Shown here: piece by piece, positions 59,130 to 64,000 of the stretch
Position numbering within the stretch: the stretch's first letter is position 1
How the letters are laid out: each line of letters starts with the position of its first letter
Translations under genes and position numbers: made by a program
The notes under the pieces: model-generated
Databases searched by the model: none
Seen by the model: the letters and a program-made list of their open reading frames with translations, nothing else
What the model was told of the DNA's origin: nothing
Assembly: GCF_006345805.1 (NCBI RefSeq)
Contig: NC_043007.1
Span: 25,916,001-25,980,000, forward strand
Direction of reading: 5' to 3'
DNA length: 64,000 nucleotides
Source: Octopus sinensis
Lineage: Eukaryota

Positions 59130-61960
59130 TCCTGTCTCAACTTGTGTTCGTACCTACGAGATTCAACAAAAACAGCCTGGACTTAGTTTAAGTAACCATA
59201 CAAACAGTATTCATGATATTGCAATGGAGAAAACTCTTCTCTCAGACCTCAATATGGTTCTTTGTGGCCTGAGGTTTCGGCAGCCTAGTGAAAAAGCTGA
59301 CTATCACACACCAGTGCACCCTTTTGATCTCTTGGATCTCTACAAAGCTAACTGGAAGGAAATCACCCACGGTCTTTCACTCCTTGATTGGTCTTTCACA
59401 GATTCTCTCTCTTCAAGTGGCATTGCCTCGTCATGGCAGTTACTCGTGGACACTGTCACAAACATGTTCATGCTACACTCCACTACAGTCCATGGACAAA
59501 ACAAAATGCAGGCTGCCTAAAAAAAATTAAAAGTCGCTCATAAGAAAAATCAACCGGCTAAAATATTGGCAGCTGCACAACTCCCATCTGTCAGACATAG
59601 CTCTACTAGAATCGAAGAAATTTGATCTCCAAAACTGTTTGAAGTCTGTCATTACCAATGAAAGAATAACTGAGGAGAAGTGGACCATTGAGAAAATTAA
59701 ACTCAATCCCAAAGTTTTCTTCTCATTCGCCAAAAAACAATGTGGCTATTTCATCTGTTGGACCACTGATTGCCAAAGATAACACTCTCCATAGTACTGC
59801 AGAAGACATGGTCGAGATTCTGCAGAAACAATACTGCTCTGCTTTCAGCAATCCCAGTATTATTAACCTGGTGGAGGCGCAATGGCCCAGTGGTTAGGGC
59901 AGCGGACTCGCGGTCATAGGATCGCGGTTTCAATTCCCAGACCGGGCGTTGTGAGTGTTTATTGAGCGAAAACACCTAAAGCTCCACGAGGCTCCGACAG
60001 GGGATGGTGGTGATCCCTGCTGTACTCTTTCACCACAACTTTCTCTCACTCTTACTTCCTGTTTCTGTTGTACCTGTATTTCAAAGGGCCGGCCTTGTCA
60101 ATCTCTGTGTCACGGTGAATATCCCCGAGAACTACGTTCAGGGTACACGTGTCTGTGGAGTGCTCAGCCACTTACACGTTAATTTCATGAGCAGGCTGTT
60201 CCGTTGATTCGGATCAACCGGAACCCTCATCGTCGTAACCGACGGAGTGCTTCCATCCATTATTAACCTGGCCAACATATATGAAAAAAACCCACAGTAC
60301 ATCCTTTCTGACATATCATTTGACGCCTTGGACATCATAGCAGCTATTAGCAAAATAAAGAACAACTCAGCTGCAGGCCCTGGTAGGTTCCCTGCTAGAG
60401 TCCCGAAAAAGTGCCAACTCAAGTAAGTTCTCTTCTTAGCTACTCTCTAACGAAAATCAATGGATGCGAGCTATATCCCTGAAAATTTCTTTTCCCAGGC
60501 GATTACTCCAGTTTTCAAGAAAGGCAAAAAATCACTTACTGTGAACTACCGACCGCTCTCACTCACCTCTCATATCATCAAATTATTTGAGAGAATGGTG
60601 AAATCTCGAGTAACTCACTTCTTGAAATCTAACAGCCTGATTATTCCCAACCAACATGGCTTCCACAATAGAAGGGACTGCTAAATACAGCTCTTGCATC
60701 ATTTCAATGACATCTTAAAGGCCATGGGAGAGGGTTCAAATGCATATACCTTGATTTTAACAAAGCCTTTGACAGGGTTGATCACTGCATCCTGCTGAAG
60801 AAACTGTCTAACATCGAGTCCAAGGAAGGCTGTTAAATTGGATTAAATGTTTTCTGATGAACAGAACTCAACATGTGGTGATTGATGGTACCTGATTGAC
60901 CTCAGCCAGGGTTATAAATGGAGTCCCACAAGGCACTGTATTGGGCCTGCTCATTTTCATAATATGCATGCTACTGTGTTTGATGACGTCAGTGATGACT
61001 CTAAGTTACTGAAGGTTGTTGACAGGGTTGAAGACCAGACAAATCTTTAATCTGATCTGTTGGCTGTTATTCAACGGGCTGACAAACATAATAAGCAGCT
61101 AAACGAGAAAAAATTCAACCTAATCCACTTCGGTAAAGAGATTGCATTCCAACAGCCATACACTCTTCCCTCGGGAGAAACCTTCGTGTCGTCCAGCACT
61201 ACTAGAGACTTAGGTGTTACTGTTGACAACAAAATAAGCTGGAGTGCTCACATAAACAGCAAAGTTGACATGGCTCGCAGGGCGTGCACCTGGAGCCTCA
61301 GGACTTTCCGGCTGAGAGACGCCCCTACCATTATTCTACTTTTCTCTTCGTTTGCTCGCCCTCACCTTGAATACTGTTGTCCGCTGTGCCCTCCTCCCAA
61401 CCGATACAGAATATTATGAAAAATTGAAGCTCCCCAGAGATCAATCACACACACTCAAAAAGATGACATGACAAGCCTTGACTATTGAGGATCAACTCAA
61501 AAAGCTCAGGCTTTACTCCCTCCTACGCCGCCTTGAGCACTATATCATCCGTATGATGTGGAAAATATTCCATCAACATTGCCCAAATGATATAGGTATC
61601 ATCTTTAAAATTCATCTGAGGCTTGGCTCCCGTGCCATCCGTCTACTACAGAAATCATGTTCGTGCCGACAGAACTATTCCACCTTAACTGACCCTGCAC
61701 TCTTCAACATCGTGGCAGCCCACAAAAAGGAGGAAAGTGATTTCACGGCATTTAAACGGTTCCTAGATGATTACTTTCAACAGATACCAGACAAACCACC
61801 CACACCCGGATATGTCTCTGAAAAAAATCACTCTCGGCTCGAATCTCCTGTGGTGCCCAAGAGCTGATTGTGTATCTCTTCCAGGTGGTGCTTTTAAATT
61901 AGACATGGCCTGGGCCAACTTCGGCCGAAACTTATCTAAGTATGTATGTATGTATGTATG
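59130..61960 (+). pseudogene. CR1-group LINE ORF2 (endonuclease end plus RT), inactivated
   Basis: ITPVFKKGKK...NYRPLSLTS...NQHGF; YLDFNKAFDRVDH; GVPQGTVLG; DDSKL; RDLGV; RPHLEYC; stops and frameshifts; (GTAT)n tail. Confidence 0.92.
59872..60258 (+). mobile_element. SINE family D inserted into the LINE
   Basis: 13-bp TSD ATTATTAACCTGG at 59859-59871 and 60259-60271. Confidence 0.93.
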
Positions 61961-62065
61961 AAATGCACACACACACACACGCACACGCACACACACACAC
62001 GAACTGCACATATACACGTGTATATGTATGGATATATATCAATATCGCTATTCATCTTTTCTGTC

Positions 62066-62097
<32 letters not shown>

Positions 62098-62480
62098 GAC
62101 CCCGGGACTTATTCTTTGTAAGCCCAGTACTTATTCTATCGGTCTCTTTTTGCCGAACCGCTATGTAGTGGGGACATAAACACACTAGCATCGGTTGTCA
62201 AGCAATGCTAGGGGACAAACACAGACACAAAAACACACACACACGCATATATATATATATATACATATATACGACGGACTTCTTTCAGTTTCCGTCTACC
62301 AAATCCACTCACAAGGCTTTGGTCGACCCGAGGCTATAGTAGAAGACACTTGCCCAAGGTGCCACGCAGTGGGACTGAACCCGGAACCATGTGGTTGATA
62401 GACAAGCTACTTACCACACAGCCAAAGGCGGTGCTCCAGCATGGCCGCAGTCAAATGACTGAAACAAGTAAAAGAGTAAA
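62098..62480. mobile_element. SINE family A with an inverted 5' portion
   Basis: 62098-62423 is the minus-strand head and body; 62424-62480 is the plus-strand 3' tail. Confidence 0.85.
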
Positions 62481-62588
62481 TAATTAATAATAATAATATA
62501 ATGTAATATATATTAGTCTCTACACTTGCATTGAGTTTTCAAAGCAATGAATGCTCTGATACATATAAAAAACGTTTATGTATGTATG

Positions 62589-62620
<32 letters not shown>

Positions 62621-62860
62621 ATATATATATATCTTGCTCTATTTCTCATTTATAATACATATCCATCCACCCGCGTATGTACATTATTATTACTTCGTCA
62701 AAGTTACAAATGTATTAATGCCTCGGTTGCACCAACATTTGTGGACCACATTTGTGAAAATTTTAATTTCCATTATACTGGCTGTGTCAATCGTTAAAGC
62801 AGATTAAAAAAAAAATGTCCTGTAAATATTTAGTTACGTCCCTTTACATTGTGATTTCAG

Positions 62861-62902
62861 ATTCAAGCAAATGGGTTGACGGATAGACTCACATTCGCCT
62901 GG
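62861..62902 (+). CDS. Candidate micro-exon (IQANGLTDRLTFAW)
   Basis: gtgatttcag| 42 nt open in phase 0 |gtacgc; no other support. Confidence 0.2.
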
Positions 62903-62998
62903 GTACGCTAAAATAAAACATCAGTGAAGTACTACCGTTTAAGAATTCGCCTATGATCTCCCCTCTCTAAATATGAAGCATTGTACTTATGTTGGAAA

Positions 62999-63397
62999 TC
63001 TTTATATATAAAAGTCAAGTTGTGTGTCTGTCTCCTACGATTTAGATTCCTAACTACTCCCACATTTTGCGGTGCAGTTTAACCAAAACCGGGTATCTTA
63101 TAGTCGTGATTCATATCGAGCCCTTCTGGGTATTAGCGCGCGTCTACGATGAGTCTACGATTTAAAAAAAAAATTTACCATTTTTTTTTCCATTTTAATG
63201 CATTTTTTCGCTATTATATAAGGGAAGTAACTCTCTAAAAATGTCTACGATGAGTCAACGATTAAAAAAAAAAATTTACCATAATTTTTTTTCCATTTTT
63301 AATACATTTTTTTGCTATTATTTGGCTATAACTCTCTAAAAATGCTTATATAGTTATTTCCCTTACAAATCCGAGCAACGCCGGGCGATACTGCTAT
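62999..63397 (+). mobile_element. Non-autonomous Helitron-like element
   Basis: a|TCTTTATATATAAAA 5' end; GAGCAACGCCGGGCGATACTGCTA(T) 3' end; internal ~85-bp direct repeat. Confidence 0.7.
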
Positions 63398-63604
63398 AAT
63401 TTATAAAATCGGGTAAAACATCGAATACAAGGACTTGAAATATTTAGTTATGTCCCTTTACGGTCTGCTAAGATTGAGATTATTATTCATCATTTGTGGG
63501 TGCGATTTAAGCCAAACATTCTTTTGCCTCTATCCCATAAAACGTGTGACCCTTGTGCTAATATCAGAAACATGGCAAGTGCTTGTTTTATGCAAATTCT
63601 CCAG

Positions 63605-63628
63605 ACAGGAAGACAGAAGGGTTTAAAC
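63605..63628 (+). CDS. Candidate micro-exon (TGRQKGLN)
   Basis: aattctccag| 24 nt in phase 0 |gtatgt; no other support. Confidence 0.2.
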
Positions 63629-63933
63629 GTATGTTGGAGAGTCACGTGATAATGTTTTGGCTATTCCAACAACCTGTCTGTCATGCACAAAAAAAAAAAC
63701 AAAAAACAATTATGAACAATGACAGATCGTATATAAAGCACGCTGAATGAAGGCTATTTGATATCTATATCTATGCATCTCTCTATCTATATATATATAC
63801 GCGTACAAATATACACGCATACAATATACACGCATGTGTGCATGTTTCTGCATGCCTGTTGGTATATTATGTATGTATATGTGTTGCGTGTATGTAAATA
63901 TATATGTATATGTGTGTGTATAAATACAGAGAC

Positions 63934-63967
<34 letters not shown>

Positions 63968-64000
63968 TGCTCTATTTCTCATTTATAATACATATCCATC

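Noticed and set aside
59872-59945. tRNA genes at SINE heads (families A, C, D, E)
   Set aside because: They have A/B boxes but no complete cloverleaf, and continue into SINE bodies with tails and TSDs.
59130-61960. Active LINE
   Set aside because: Multiple stops and frameshifts, a SINE insertion, and no ORF1 or 5' end.

Overview
AT-rich, repeat-saturated eukaryotic DNA with one 100-N gap (8513-8612). It is most likely intergenic or intronic sequence from an octopus or related coleoid cephalopod; this is inferred from the SINE/RTE repeat landscape and was not database-verified. No intact protein-coding gene is supported. Almost all ORFs in the supplied track are microsatellite read-throughs or decayed transposon fragments. 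The window holds at least five tRNA-headed SINE families, many RTE and CR1/L2-like LINE fragments, RTE 3'-end elements ending in (TGA)n, hAT, pogo and piggyBac-like MITEs, non-autonomous Helitrons, short solo-LTR-like units, a rearranged hAT transposase relic, and many micro- and minisatellites. The most interesting hidden layer is a set of unrelated non-coding, Penelope-like segments carrying type I hammerhead ribozyme folds with short palindromic stem III. Five have complete catalytic cores (13127-13201 -, 14495-14535 -, 29707-29771 +, 30212-30276 +, 35225-35270 -) and several others are decayed. Two of the complete ones form a 505-nt tandem pair with retrozyme-like geometry. Element boundaries are read by eye and are approximate unless a TSD or TIR is quoted.
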